Source of the DNA: Bryobacterales bacterium
Lineage (GTDB): Bacteria > Acidobacteriota > Terriglobia > Bryobacterales > UBA6623
Direction: 5' to 3'
Assembly (NCBI GenBank): GCA_963422375.2
Contig: OY729427.2
Location: 928,001 to 992,000, forward strand
DNA: 64,000 bases
Positions 53,501 through 62,251 of this stretch are shown here, piece after piece (positions within the stretch are counted from its first letter, which is position 1; the number at the start of each line of letters is the position of its first letter). The position numbers and the translations under genes were made by a program. A model generated the notes under the pieces. It searched no databases. It was not told the origin of the DNA and saw only the letters and a list, made by a program, of their open reading frames with translations.

Positions 53501-53890
53501 GGTTTCGGTGGTCTGGCCGACCTCGAGCTGGATGTTCAGTGTCGTGGTCTGGGCGACCTCGAGCGTCACGCGCTCCTGGACGAAGGTCTGGAAGCCCTCC
53601 GCACTCGCCGTGACCCTGTAGGTGCTGGCCGCCAGGGCGGTCCCGCGGTACCGCCCGACACTCGAGGTCTCAAGCGTGCGGGTCGTCCCAGTGGCGACAT
53701 CCTCAATGATGACCTGAACCGCGGGAATCACAGCGTCGGTCGGGTCGCTGATCGTTCCCTCGAGAATGCTGCTGAACTGCGCCTGCAGGCCTAGCGAGCC
53801 GACCAGCAGTAGGACCAGTGCACGGAGCATCCGCCCGGCGCGACGCGTACGGCGAGAAGCAGGACGCCCTGCCCGTGATCGATGATTCAT
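50576..53890 (-). CDS. TonB-dependent receptor with carboxypeptidase regulatory-like N-terminal domain
   Basis: GTISDPTDAVIP, LPLVGRNF, FSAEYGR, TKSGTN, GLRWE, APRIGIAWD, C-terminal RNIQFGVKVIF. Confidence 0.95.
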   Translation of the reverse strand: MNHRSRAGRPASRRTRRAGRMLRALVLLLVGSLGLQAQFSSILEGTISDPTDAVIPAVQVIIEDVATGTTRTLETSSVGRYRGTALAASTYRVTASAEGFQTFVQERVTLEVAQTTTLNIQLEVGQTTETVSVTSEAPLIETGEAQVSGQIEEMEVADLPLVGRNFMTLVVLTPGVVGLPSGGGQAYAQATGDIFSAEYGVNLSGNGQRAESNSFNVDGASVNASPRGGVVNHNPNADSVQELRVSLNNFSAEYGRNSSVLVNVVTKSGTNEYHGTLGWYHTNNKMQARNLFQPKVPIFRRNEANWSLGAPIVRNRTFAFASMDILRSGVGAGFSNTVVSREFAGLVRERFPDNISSMVMNEFPDILTNKSVAQTAGTLMGSDCAGSSPIETPIGMMPCNFAVTERGSFAQTLPRDGIQWTTRVDHNFNESKDRIYGSVARTTNQQVLFGSPAVYPAFTKMQEQWTAFANLNWTRIISTNVINELSWSWQHAEGDAPIGRGEIPAINVPGIASYGQGFSDAVFIQNNQQWRNVSTWNKGSHSFKFGGNFNCDSGCPGAGALFAAVWERPNYGFNNIWDFAMDDPFSHGNIGFDPATGDARGFDFRPRFTNFGVFFNDDWKVRPNLTVSWGLRWEAFPIPTDLDSIFVGANFRGGSNFTERIADVGVRQGPPLASTDSNNVAPRIGIAWDPTGRGKMSIRSGAGMFYDRPGGQFYRDCCTSLPIFAVADVSKQTDAQPVYGLSSTLESPWQFPRPPDLQIGLDERGGLVGVPAAIQIWEPDLKNQYAINWFFGIQYALGNDWAVEANYVGSQGSKLYQNYEVNRFAGDLLDGRLDRLNPSFGSITYGQNNGKSYYHGGNLSLKKRFARGLLFQGAYTFGKAIDTGSSFSGEHLVELTNMRLNRGRSRFDVRQKFATSLIFEIPSPFRNGPGKAVLGGWQFGLTSILQSGSPFTVNCGLPFNPVFDDGGNMVGNNGCDFNADGFNNDYPDTPAFGSSIDGASRQDYINGLFTAADFPKPQTVRPGTLGRNTFTNPGFANADLNLLRQIPVPLLGEGGRIDLRAEFFNVFNHVNLGSVNGSLQSGNFGRVTSTFGARNIQFGVKVIF

Positions 53891-54259
53891 TAGCTCTCTC
53901 CCTCTATCCTGGCGCTGCGGACGGGGCAGCAGTGCAACCCCGGCCGGAGCGCGACGTCGAAGCACCGCCGGCGAATGCCGCCAAGCGGCGGACGGCCAGC
54001 CCTCGAGCCGCCAACATAGTAGAACACTCCGGCTGGCGGATAGCTACTCCGGATGACGCCGAATGGCGAATTCAGGGCTCACCACGAGGCCTGCCATTCA
54101 GTCCGACCGATTTTTCCGTGCCCGCGAGCCAGCTCTTTGAGGGTGGAGCCGCGAGGCACCTGCGGACGGGAGTTGCGGAGGAGGTGCAGCGTGCTTTGAC
54201 CATCTCCGACCGGTGGGTCACGACGTCGGTCGGACCGGAGCATTGCAGCCCGCGACACG

Positions 54260-54545
54260 CCTCCGGCGTGACGCGGTGCAGGAGTGCCGTCAGCTTCTAC
54301 CGCGGCTCCCTGTTCACGGGCTGCCGTATCCGTTCCGCGCCGCTTGGCATCGATCCGCGGATCTGCATTCGGCCCGGGTCGGCTCCTCACGTCTTTACCC
54401 TTAGTCCCGGCCCTTCACTCCGGCGGCTCCGCCGGGACTCGCGCCTCTTGGTTCACCGCCTTCGTTCCTACTACGCCCGGGTCTGGCTACGGCGCCCCGT
54501 GCATCCGCGGCTCGGGCGCACGGCCCTCCCGCGGCGGCCCCGGCG
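54260..54545 (-). mobile_element. Degenerate group II intron fragment (domain II-IV RNA plus RT N-terminus)
   Basis: Minus strand ..ATGCACGGG..GTAGTAGGAACGAAGGCGGTGAAC..GCGGAGCCGCCGGAGTGAAGGGCCGGGACTAAGGG, then ATG 54350 MPSGAERIRQPVNREPR*KLTALLHRVTPE. Confidence 0.75.
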
Positions 54546-55029
54546 CTCGACGTACGTGCGTGCCTTGAGGTCTCGGACACCTCGTGGCCGCCGCCCAGCT
54601 CGAGCGTGCCGAGGGAGTGTTCGAAGGAGTCCCCGAGGATTTCTTCTTCGCGCTCAGTCGCCTCGTTCCCGGACTGCGCGGCCTCGCGAAACTCGACAGT
54701 GACGGAGGGGAGCCGCAGGCCTTCGAGAGCGGCGGTCTGCGCATCGAATAGTGGACCCGTTACGAGATCGAGAACCAATCTGTGACACCCGACACTCTGC
54801 CGCAACAGCAAGACAACACCGCAAATTGGGTCGGACTTTCGTCGTCCTAGGCGGTGGGGCGCCACGAGACAGTCCCCGTCGAGGTAATCGAGAATCCCAA
54901 CCTGCAGAGGGAACTCGCTAAGAGCCCCGCAGCGGCCTAGGTCCCGAGCAGAGTGCCCTGCCAGCCGCCGGCAGTCCCGATGCGACTGCTGGCCCGACGG
55001 GGTGATTGAAGTCGGGACGCCGCTCGGCA

Positions 55030-55674
55030 CCGGCCGTTGGCACGTACAAGCAGGTGGCGTGCCAGTACACGGTCACGGCGGAGGGCGGAGAAAAAGGGCC
55101 GGGCGGCCGAGGTGCGTTGGGAGCGCGACCAGATCCAGGGCACGAGCCTGCTGCGCACCAGCCGAGTCGAGTGAGACAACGCCCGGTTCGTGCCCGAGTA
55201 CTGCCGTCTGGCGGACATCGAGGCGACACTCCGATCCCTCAAGGAGGGAGCTGGGCCGGCGGGTGGCGCGGCATCTGTTCCTGACCGTGCTGGCTTACCA
55301 CTTAGTCCATGCCGTGCGGTACGACCTCCGCGCGCACGGCGTGCGGAGCGGCTGGAGGTCGATCCGAGAGCGTTCGCGGACCTGGGTGCGGCTGACGACG
55401 CCGATACGAACGGCGGACGGCAAGGCGTGGGGCCAGCGCCAGGCCGTGGACCCGAACAACGAGCAGCAGGCTCGCATCGCCGCCTCTGCGGGGGTGAACT
55501 TCCGGCGGCACCGTGGGAGGGTGCCGGTACTCGCCTCGGAACTCCAAGCCGACGGAGGCAGCACGGTGGCCCAAGACAAGAAAATGTAGTGACCGCAAAT
55601 CCGCTTCGCGGAATTCCAACTCAATGAAATCAACGACTTTCAGGTGTGCCCCCCGAAAAACCTCGGAACTTGGG
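55030..55674 (+). mobile_element. IS1634-family transposase remnant (3' part and right end)
   Basis: LLRTS..*..LADIEATLRSLK, frameshift, ELG/RRVARHLFLTVLAYHLVH..W.SIR; ends CCTCGGAACTTGGG. Confidence 0.75.
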
Positions 55675-55824
55675 CGCGGGGCGGAAAGCACCTAGCCGAG
55701 CCCTCATGGGTGGCGCATCGCAATGCCAGTCTGGCTTCTGCAGCCGTGCGGCTTCGGGCGGCCGGACCGACTGAACTGCCGCTTGGCTGTACGATAGCGG
55801 CGTCCCGTACTCGCGGAGCAAACC

Positions 55825-57066
55825 ATGGCAACCACACGGCGAACGTTTCTCGCAACCACGACCGTCGCGGTCCGAGCGGTCCGAGCCGCATCCCGGGCCA
55901 AGATCACCGGCATCGCGCTCTCGACGATCCAAGGCAACTTCCACAAATTCGTCGCGATGAACTCGCAAGACAACGAACCCAAGGGCACGAGCTACACCAA
56001 CACCTTGGTGCGGATATTGACCGACGCCGGAGTAGAAGGCGTCGGGGTGATGGGCTACACCGAGCCGGACGCAACCTTCATGGCGGACGTGCGGGCCCTC
56101 CTCGGGGCGGACCCCGAGTCCGTGTACGAGTTTCGCGACGGACACATCGCCGGGAGAGCCGCGGCCTTCGAGGACCTGCTTGTCAAGTACAAGCACTTGG
56201 ACGGTCCGCTGTGCGACCTCGTCGGCAAGGTGCGCGGCGTTCCGTGCTGGCGGCTGTTCGGCGAGTCGGTCCGCGACCGCGTCGAGGTCTACGACGGCAC
56301 GCTGTACTTCAGTGACCTGTGGTTCTCGGACCGTGGCGCGCAGGCAGTCGTCGACGAAGCGCGCGAGGCTATGGCGAGCGGCTACCGTGGCATCAAGCTG
56401 AAGATCGGCCGCGGCAACAAGTGGATGGCCCGCGACGAAGGCCTGCAGCGCGACATCGAGGTGATTCGCGCCGTCCGGAGCGCCATCGGCATGGAGCCGA
56501 AGCTGCTGGTGGACGCGAACAACGGCTACCTGGGCGACTACGACGCGACCTGGACCCTGCTGGACCAGACCAAGGAACAGAGGCTGGACTGGCTCGAAGA
56601 GGCCTTTCCCGAAGACAAGGCGCTCTACGGCCGGCTGCGCGGCCAAATGCGGCAGGCCGGGATCGAGACACCCATCGCCGACGGCGAAAACATGCGCAGC
56701 GCGGCGGAGTTCCTCGAGTACCTCGAGCCGGAGCGCCTCTTCGACGTCATGCAGCTGGACATCCGCACGGGAGGGATTCTCGATTGCCGCGAGATGTCTG
56801 CGATGGGGGCGCCGCGGGGCGCGAAGGCCGTGCCGCACAACTGGGGCTCCCAAGTCGGCTTGCTGATGAGCCTGCATCTCGCGAAGACGCAGGAGAATAT
56901 CGCCGGGGCCGAGGACGACCGCTCGGCATGCCCGGCCCTAGCCGTCAGGGGGTACGAATTCCAAGACGGCTACTTTGCCGTCTCGAACGAGCCGGGCCTT
57001 GGCGTGGAAGTCAACGAAGCGTTCTACGAGGCACCGGCGTTTCCGGGGCGGACGCTGATCCAATAG
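55825..57066 (+). CDS. Mandelate racemase/muconate lactonizing enzyme family protein with Tat-like signal
   Basis: TRRTFL; KLKIG, VDANN, WLEE, ADGEN, PHNW enolase-superfamily motifs. Confidence 0.88.
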   Translation: MATTRRTFLATTTVAVRAVRAASRAKITGIALSTIQGNFHKFVAMNSQDNEPKGTSYTNTLVRILTDAGVEGVGVMGYTEPDATFMADVRALLGADPESVYEFRDGHIAGRAAAFEDLLVKYKHLDGPLCDLVGKVRGVPCWRLFGESVRDRVEVYDGTLYFSDLWFSDRGAQAVVDEAREAMASGYRGIKLKIGRGNKWMARDEGLQRDIEVIRAVRSAIGMEPKLLVDANNGYLGDYDATWTLLDQTKEQRLDWLEEAFPEDKALYGRLRGQMRQAGIETPIADGENMRSAAEFLEYLEPERLFDVMQLDIRTGGILDCREMSAMGAPRGAKAVPHNWGSQVGLLMSLHLAKTQENIAGAEDDRSACPALAVRGYEFQDGYFAVSNEPGLGVEVNEAFYEAPAFPGRTLIQ

Positions 57067-57097
57067 CCGCGATGCAGCAGCCCCCTGGCGGAACGGC

Positions 57098-58189
57098 TCA
57101 ATCCTCGACAAGGATCTCCGCGATCGCGATGCCGCTCTCGCCCGCCACCGCGTAGAGCAGATAGACGCGACCGTCCTCCTCGAAGATGGCAGGATCCCGC
57201 AGCTGGTTGACCGGGCCGTACGCCACGCTCCGGATCGACGGTGCAATCGGCTCGTTCGCGCCTTCCCAATCGCGCTGGGGTCGCAAGACCTCGATCGGCT
57301 CGCTCTCCTTCCACCGTGCCCACGGCACCGACAGGTCGACCAAGCTCAGCAGGACTCGCTCCGGTGCATGGCCGACCTGCGTCCAGAACACGAAAAGGGT
57401 GTCGCCCCGCTTGAGCAGGGCGCAGTGTCGCATGTCGGGGTTGAACAGCAGCGGCCCTTCCCGGAAGTCAGAAAGTCCGTCGTCGGACCGGTACACCTGC
57501 CCCGGCATGGCAATCCCGAACGTCTTCCCAGCGTGCCGAAAGGCCCGGAGATAGGTTCGCCCGATGATCTCGGGACGCGCCGCGAAGTCGATGCCATCAG
57601 TCGATAGCGCTACGCGGCTGGCTTGCCGGCCGAATCCCTCCAGGCCGTGGAAGTACATGACGATGCGACGGTTCGCATCGTCCACGTGGACATCCGGCGA
57701 GGCGATATGGGGAGCGGTGAACTCCTTGACGATCGAATGCGGCAGGCGGTTCCCGCCGTAGGTCGCCGCACGACGCGCCTTGGCCCGCTCCAGCGATTCG
57801 GGATCGACGGGCGGCGGTTCGCTCGGGAAATGCGACTTGGCGATCTGCAGGCTGCCCGGAGGGTGGACCTTCCAAGGACCTAGCAGGTCGTCAGCATAAG
57901 CCAGCCTGATGTAGCTGCCCTTGTGATCCGCGAAGTACAGGTAGTACTTGCCGAGCCGCTCCCCGACCCACTCGGGCACGCGGATCAGCGACGGACCCTG
58001 GATGTTCCGCCCGATGCTGGGATGCGTGGCCGGAGTGATGATCGGCGCATCGAGCAGGCGCTTGACTTGCACGGTCGGCTCGCTAGCAAGACTCATTCCC
58101 GCTCCGAGAACGAAGCAGACGGCAGCGAGCCCCAACCTGCCGCCGGTTCCGGGCTCGCTGGGCGTTGGGTGCGACCGGTTGGCATTCAT
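57098..58189 (-). CDS. Conserved hypothetical protein, predicted five-bladed beta-propeller glycoside-hydrolase-like
   Basis: GPSLIRVP, YYLYFADHKG, LLGPW, HIASPDV, LRDPAIF; start uncertain. Confidence 0.75.
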   Translation of the reverse strand: MNANRSHPTPSEPGTGGRLGLAAVCFVLGAGMSLASEPTVQVKRLLDAPIITPATHPSIGRNIQGPSLIRVPEWVGERLGKYYLYFADHKGSYIRLAYADDLLGPWKVHPPGSLQIAKSHFPSEPPPVDPESLERAKARRAATYGGNRLPHSIVKEFTAPHIASPDVHVDDANRRIVMYFHGLEGFGRQASRVALSTDGIDFAARPEIIGRTYLRAFRHAGKTFGIAMPGQVYRSDDGLSDFREGPLLFNPDMRHCALLKRGDTLFVFWTQVGHAPERVLLSLVDLSVPWARWKESEPIEVLRPQRDWEGANEPIAPSIRSVAYGPVNQLRDPAIFEEDGRVYLLYAVAGESGIAIAEILVED

Positions 58190-58398
58190 CGGACTTGGCG
58201 GGTGCCTCCGCCTAGCAGGACGCGACGGGAAGCCCGGCAAGCACCATCGCCCAGCGCTCATTAAGCATAGCCGAGCGCCACGGCCTGCAATCAGTCCCGG
58301 GGCCGGCTGGCGGACCGAACGGCAGATACGCGGGCGACCACCGTAGGGCCAGGTGTTGCCCGCGAAGAGTCGGGTGCGTCATCGGATGCCACGGACGC

Positions 58399-58428
58399 TT
58401 GACAGGCTGCAGCAATCCCAGCTACTAT
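58399..58428 (+). promoter_or_regulatory. Putative sigma70 promoter of the TIR cassette
   Basis: TTGACA-N18-TACTAT. Confidence 0.5.
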
Positions 58429-58536
58429 AAGAGGAGTCGAGCGGCAGATACTAGCAACAGTTTGACGAAACCTGAAATCCTGCGCGGCTATCACAACGCA
58501 TGTGCTGTCAGACTGCACTAGACGACCGCCATCGCA

Positions 58537-59016
58537 ATGAAACAACGACTTCAGCGTAAAATGCCCAAGTGTCGGTGCCGTGTGCGGGCAAGCGACAGTC
58601 GTGTAACGTATCACATTTTTATCATCCACTCTTGGAAATATCGGCGTCACTACAATGCAATTGTCAGACTTCTTCGCTCTCACCAGGACTTTGAATTCAA
58701 GGATTACTCGGTTCCAATTTCCAATCCACTTGACAAGAGTATTAGGTCGGATTTGGCTCTTAGAAAGGCACTTAAAAAGCAGATTAGATCAGTAAGTGTC
58801 ATCCTCATATTTGCGGGCATGTATGCGGCCTACAGCAAGTGGATTTCCGAAGAAATCAAGATTGCTTGTCATGGGTTTGCGTGTCCTAAGCCGATCATTG
58901 CAATCAGACCACGAGGTAGTAAGAGGACTTCACAGATGGCAAAGGACGTCGCAAGCAAGGTAGTTGGGTGGAACAAGGCGAGCATCGTCAAGGCAATCAA
59001 GGAGCTAGCATCATGA
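58537..59016 (+). CDS. TIR-like domain protein (MTH538/ThsB type)
   Basis: YHIFIIHSW, FKDYSVP, SVILIFAGMYAAYSKWISEEI (Glu at the TIR catalytic position), KPIIAIRPRG, VGWN..SIVKAI. Confidence 0.88.
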   Translation: MKQRLQRKMPKCRCRVRASDSRVTYHIFIIHSWKYRRHYNAIVRLLRSHQDFEFKDYSVPISNPLDKSIRSDLALRKALKKQIRSVSVILIFAGMYAAYSKWISEEIKIACHGFACPKPIIAIRPRGSKRTSQMAKDVASKVVGWNKASIVKAIKELAS

Positions 59017-59475
59017 ATGATTCCAAGAGACGGAGCGAGCTCATCGAGATTTACAAGCTTCACAGCGAACTAGCCGACAGGGTTAGCCAGAGACGGGAGG
59101 GGCCAATCGGATGTATGTGAGCCTGCTCGTTGGTTTGGCGGTGTTTCTCGCTGCATTGGTCCGGTTGGGGCTTCGCGATGATGCACTCCAAGTGGTCCTG
59201 CCTGTTGCGGGATCTCTAGGAGCCCTCCTGTCAATCTCATGGTTCATTGTAATGTCGGTCCTACCGACAACTTGATTCTGGAAAGTTCAAGGCGTTGCAT
59301 GAGCTAGAGAGCATGTTGGCATACCCGTTCTATTCCCGTGAATTGGGAACTCTTGGGCGAAGGCAAAAAGATCAGAAAATATTGGAAACTGTCCATTGTC
59401 GAGACGTTTCTCCCCTGTATTTTCCTTCTCACTTCCCTCGGTTTGATCGTTTATTCTATATTCGGATCTGACTAG
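59013..59475 (+). pseudogene. Small three-TM membrane protein (putative pore-forming defence effector), 3 frameshifts
   Basis: Reconstructed IEIYKLHSELADRVSQRR/ANRMYVSLL-TM-TM-W/SYRQL.SGKFKALHELE..YPFYSRE/WELLG..YWKLSIVETFLP-TM; shifts near 59100, 59255, 59343; ATGA overlap with the TIR gene. Confidence 0.8.
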
Positions 59476-59526
59476 GGGAGTTGTCGTTCTGTTTTCGACC
59501 CTCCTGTGTTCTACAGCTCAAGACCT

Positions 59527-59551
59527 CCTAGGGCGGTCCGCTTGCCCTAGG
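59527..59551 (+). terminator. Hairpin after the TIR cassette
   Basis: CCTAGGGCGG-TCCGC-TTGCCCTAGG 10-bp stem; no U-tract. Confidence 0.35.
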
Positions 59552-60026
59552 GCCAATCAGCTAAAGCCTTGCGACAAGAGCGGTAGAATGCCTAGCTAGT
59601 TGTGGAAGGCCCTAACCCGCCCGCGGTCGTCTCGCTTTGGATGTCGCCTAGTCGATGGTTCAGGACCACGGCCCGGATCAAGTGACCCTCGAGCGCAGGG
59701 TAGCGGTGCGCGTCTCAGCTGGATTCGATGCTTCGGGAAGCGCTGGGCAGATGCGACGCAGAGTTCTGATCGCGTTGCCAAGCGAATCTCGACTTGGCCG
59801 CGGAGCCACGACCAGCCGTCAGGGCCGCGTGACAGCCGAGCTCACGGGACAAAGCGACCCATTCCACCGGAGAGCGATAAGTACCGGACCCACTTGCGAT
59901 GTAAGCCATTCCTCTGGGCCCCTGCACCCGCCTTGCGCCGTCTCGCTCGCCATGGACGCCATCATGAATTACCGCGTCACGTAATCGCGGTAGCAGTGCG
60001 GGGGGGAAGCATCGCTCATCGAGAGC

Positions 60027-61520
60027 TCAGAAGAACAGCTGCACCATCTGACCGTGAAGTTCGTGCAGTGTCGAGCGGTTGCTTGGCCACATCGGATCCG
60101 CAAGCTGGGCGTTCCACGCCTCGAGTTCCGCTTCCAGTCGCTCGACCACCGCGGAGTGCTCGTCGGCCAGATTCTCGTGCTCCCCTATGTCGGCCGAGAG
60201 ATCGTAGAGCACCGTCATCTGGCCGTTCGGGGAGTCCCCAAGGTAGTCAACCTGAGGGAGCCTACTGCCTCCGAGTGTCAGGTCGTCGAACGCCTTGTCG
60301 CTCTTGTTGACCTTCCACAGCTTCCATTTCCCGGAGCGCACGGCCATGTTCGGCTTCGCCCTCCAGAACAGGAACTCGTGAGGCGGATCGGAGATCTCCC
60401 CGCGAAGGTGCGGGAGCAGGTTCACGCTGTCCTGGGCAGTCTCGCCGGAGCCCGCCGCGGCAGCCAGCGTCGCGAACAGATCCAACGAGATGACCGGATG
60501 CTCCAAGGTCGTTCCCGCCGGCAGCCCTGCGGGCCAGCGGAAGATGAACGGCACTCGAATCCCTCCCTCGAGATGGAATCGCTTCGAACCTCTGAGCGGA
60601 TCGTTGGAACAGATGTCCTGCGATAGGTACTTGATGCAACCGTTGTCGGAGAAGAAGACGATCAGGGTGTTCTCCTCCAAGCCGTGAGCGCGCAGCTCCT
60701 CGACTACGTCGGCGAGGTAGTCGTCCACGGAAGAAACCATGGCGGCGAAGATCTTCCGACCGGCAGGTTCCACGCCGGCGTACCGGTCTGCGTACTCCGC
60801 CGTCGCCTGCAGGGGCGTGTGGGGCGCGTTCGGGGTCAGCATCAGGAAGAAGCGTTCATCCTTGTGCCTGCGGATGAAGTCGACCGCCCGGTCCGCGAAG
60901 ACGTCCGTGAGGTATTCCTCGACCTCGACCTCGTCGAATCCGTCGAAGATCGCGCTAGCGGCGGGGCGGGTGGTCGGCGCATTCCGGGTTGGCCAAGACT
61001 CGACACCCTCCTTGCGGGAGTCGATATAGGTCGAGCCACCCGACAGGTGCCCGAAGTACTCGTCGAAGCCGCGATTGAGCGGGTGGTGCTTCTCCGACTT
61101 GCCCAGATGCCACTTGCCGATCAGCCCGGTCGCGTACCCAGCGCTCTTGAGCATGTCGGCCAAGGTACGCTCTTCCGTAGGCAGGCCGACCACCGTGTCG
61201 CGGCCCGAGGTGTTGAACTCGTAGCCGAAGCGGGACTGGTAGCGGCCTGTGTAGAGTCCCGCACGCGAGGGACTGCAAACGGCCGCGGACACGTAGCCGT
61301 CGGTGAGTCGCACGCCGCCTTGGGCGAGAGCGTCAAGGTGCGGGGTGCGAACCACTTGCGAGCCGAAAACGCCGAGGTCGTTGTACCCGAGATCGTCGGC
61401 GACCATCACGATGATGTTGGGCGGCGGGTCTGCCGCGGGCATCCCGGCGTCGGGCTCACCGCAGGCAGCCGCGAACGCAGCGAACAGGGCAGCAATCACG
61501 TATCGCATGATCGATGACAT
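60027..61520 (-). CDS. Formylglycine-dependent sulfatase lipoprotein
   Basis: FAAAC lipobox, PNIIVMVADDLG, VCSPSRAGLYTG, GKWHLG, FSDNG, EGGIRVP. Confidence 0.94.
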   Translation of the reverse strand: MSSIMRYVIAALFAAFAAACGEPDAGMPAADPPPNIIVMVADDLGYNDLGVFGSQVVRTPHLDALAQGGVRLTDGYVSAAVCSPSRAGLYTGRYQSRFGYEFNTSGRDTVVGLPTEERTLADMLKSAGYATGLIGKWHLGKSEKHHPLNRGFDEYFGHLSGGSTYIDSRKEGVESWPTRNAPTTRPAASAIFDGFDEVEVEEYLTDVFADRAVDFIRRHKDERFFLMLTPNAPHTPLQATAEYADRYAGVEPAGRKIFAAMVSSVDDYLADVVEELRAHGLEENTLIVFFSDNGCIKYLSQDICSNDPLRGSKRFHLEGGIRVPFIFRWPAGLPAGTTLEHPVISLDLFATLAAAAGSGETAQDSVNLLPHLRGEISDPPHEFLFWRAKPNMAVRSGKWKLWKVNKSDKAFDDLTLGGSRLPQVDYLGDSPNGQMTVLYDLSADIGEHENLADEHSAVVERLEAELEAWNAQLADPMWPSNRSTLHELHGQMVQLFF

Positions 61521-61781
61521 TGTAGTACCGTGTCACGGGACGCGGAAACGCGGAGGCGAATCGGACTGGGACCTCTTCGCGGCGGTAGGCCGAATCCGCT
61601 CTGGACCAGCCGACGAGTGGCCCTGGCGACGCGGGCACCGGCGAGCGCAACCCGAACTCGAGGCGAATCCATCATCGGACGACGGGCCCGTCCCGGTACG
61701 CTCGCGCCAGATGGCCCTCCGACAGGCTCTCGGTCCGGCGTCAAGGCACCGTCGCAGACACGCAGCAACACTCGCCCCTTT

Positions 61782-62251
61782 ACTTGATGGCTTACCTGCA
61801 TTTCGGCTCGGCCATGGACGCACTCGATCTATTTCCCCTTTATTTTCAATGAGTTGTGACCGATGCCGTTACTTGACGGTCACTTGATGGATCGCAGCCG
61901 GCGAGCCTGCCAGGCAACCGCCAAAGCGTGCGGGCAGTCCGCACCGACGTAAGACGCACGTCTGCGCCAGGACGGCCGAGACTCGGTCCGGAAGGGGCGG
62001 GCGGGCGGCCTCGCCCAACGCATCCAACGGTCATCCCTGCGTCTACCCACCCCGAGCTCGGTGCGCTCCGCACCGAGGCCAATAGCCTCCTGCGGGGCAC
62101 GGGCGGGTTGCATACGAGGCGAGGGGCGTCAGGCTCGTTCGGCGCCACCACTTGACCGGATTCCGCCCGACTGGCGGCGGGCGATCCGTTGGCCAGCCAC
62201 AACATCATTGTTTTCAATCAGTTGCAAGCTCTTCCCTTACTTGATGGATCG
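61782..62251 (+). repeat. Two copies of a fixed-spacing box module (ACTTGA-N55-TTTTCAATNAGTTG-N12-TTACTTGAYGG)
   Basis: Boxes at 61782/61843/61869 and 62150/62211/62237; offset 368 bp; spacers unrelated. Confidence 0.75.

Noticed and set aside
54550..54960. Coding-like stretch (e.g. VPVEVIENPNLQREL on the + strand) with stops
   Set aside because: Probably a gene remnant, but no family or strand could be supported.
55172..55174. In-frame TGA in the IS1634 remnant as selenocysteine
   Set aside because: Likely a Trp TGG-to-TGA mutation in a degraded transposase; no convincing SECIS.
59600..60020. Short ORFs between the TIR cassette and the sulfatase
   Set aside because: No RBS or recognisable motif.
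61782..62251. CRISPR array interpretation of the box repeats
   Set aside because: Boxes are 6-14 bp, spacing does not follow a repeat-spacer period, and there are no cas genes.
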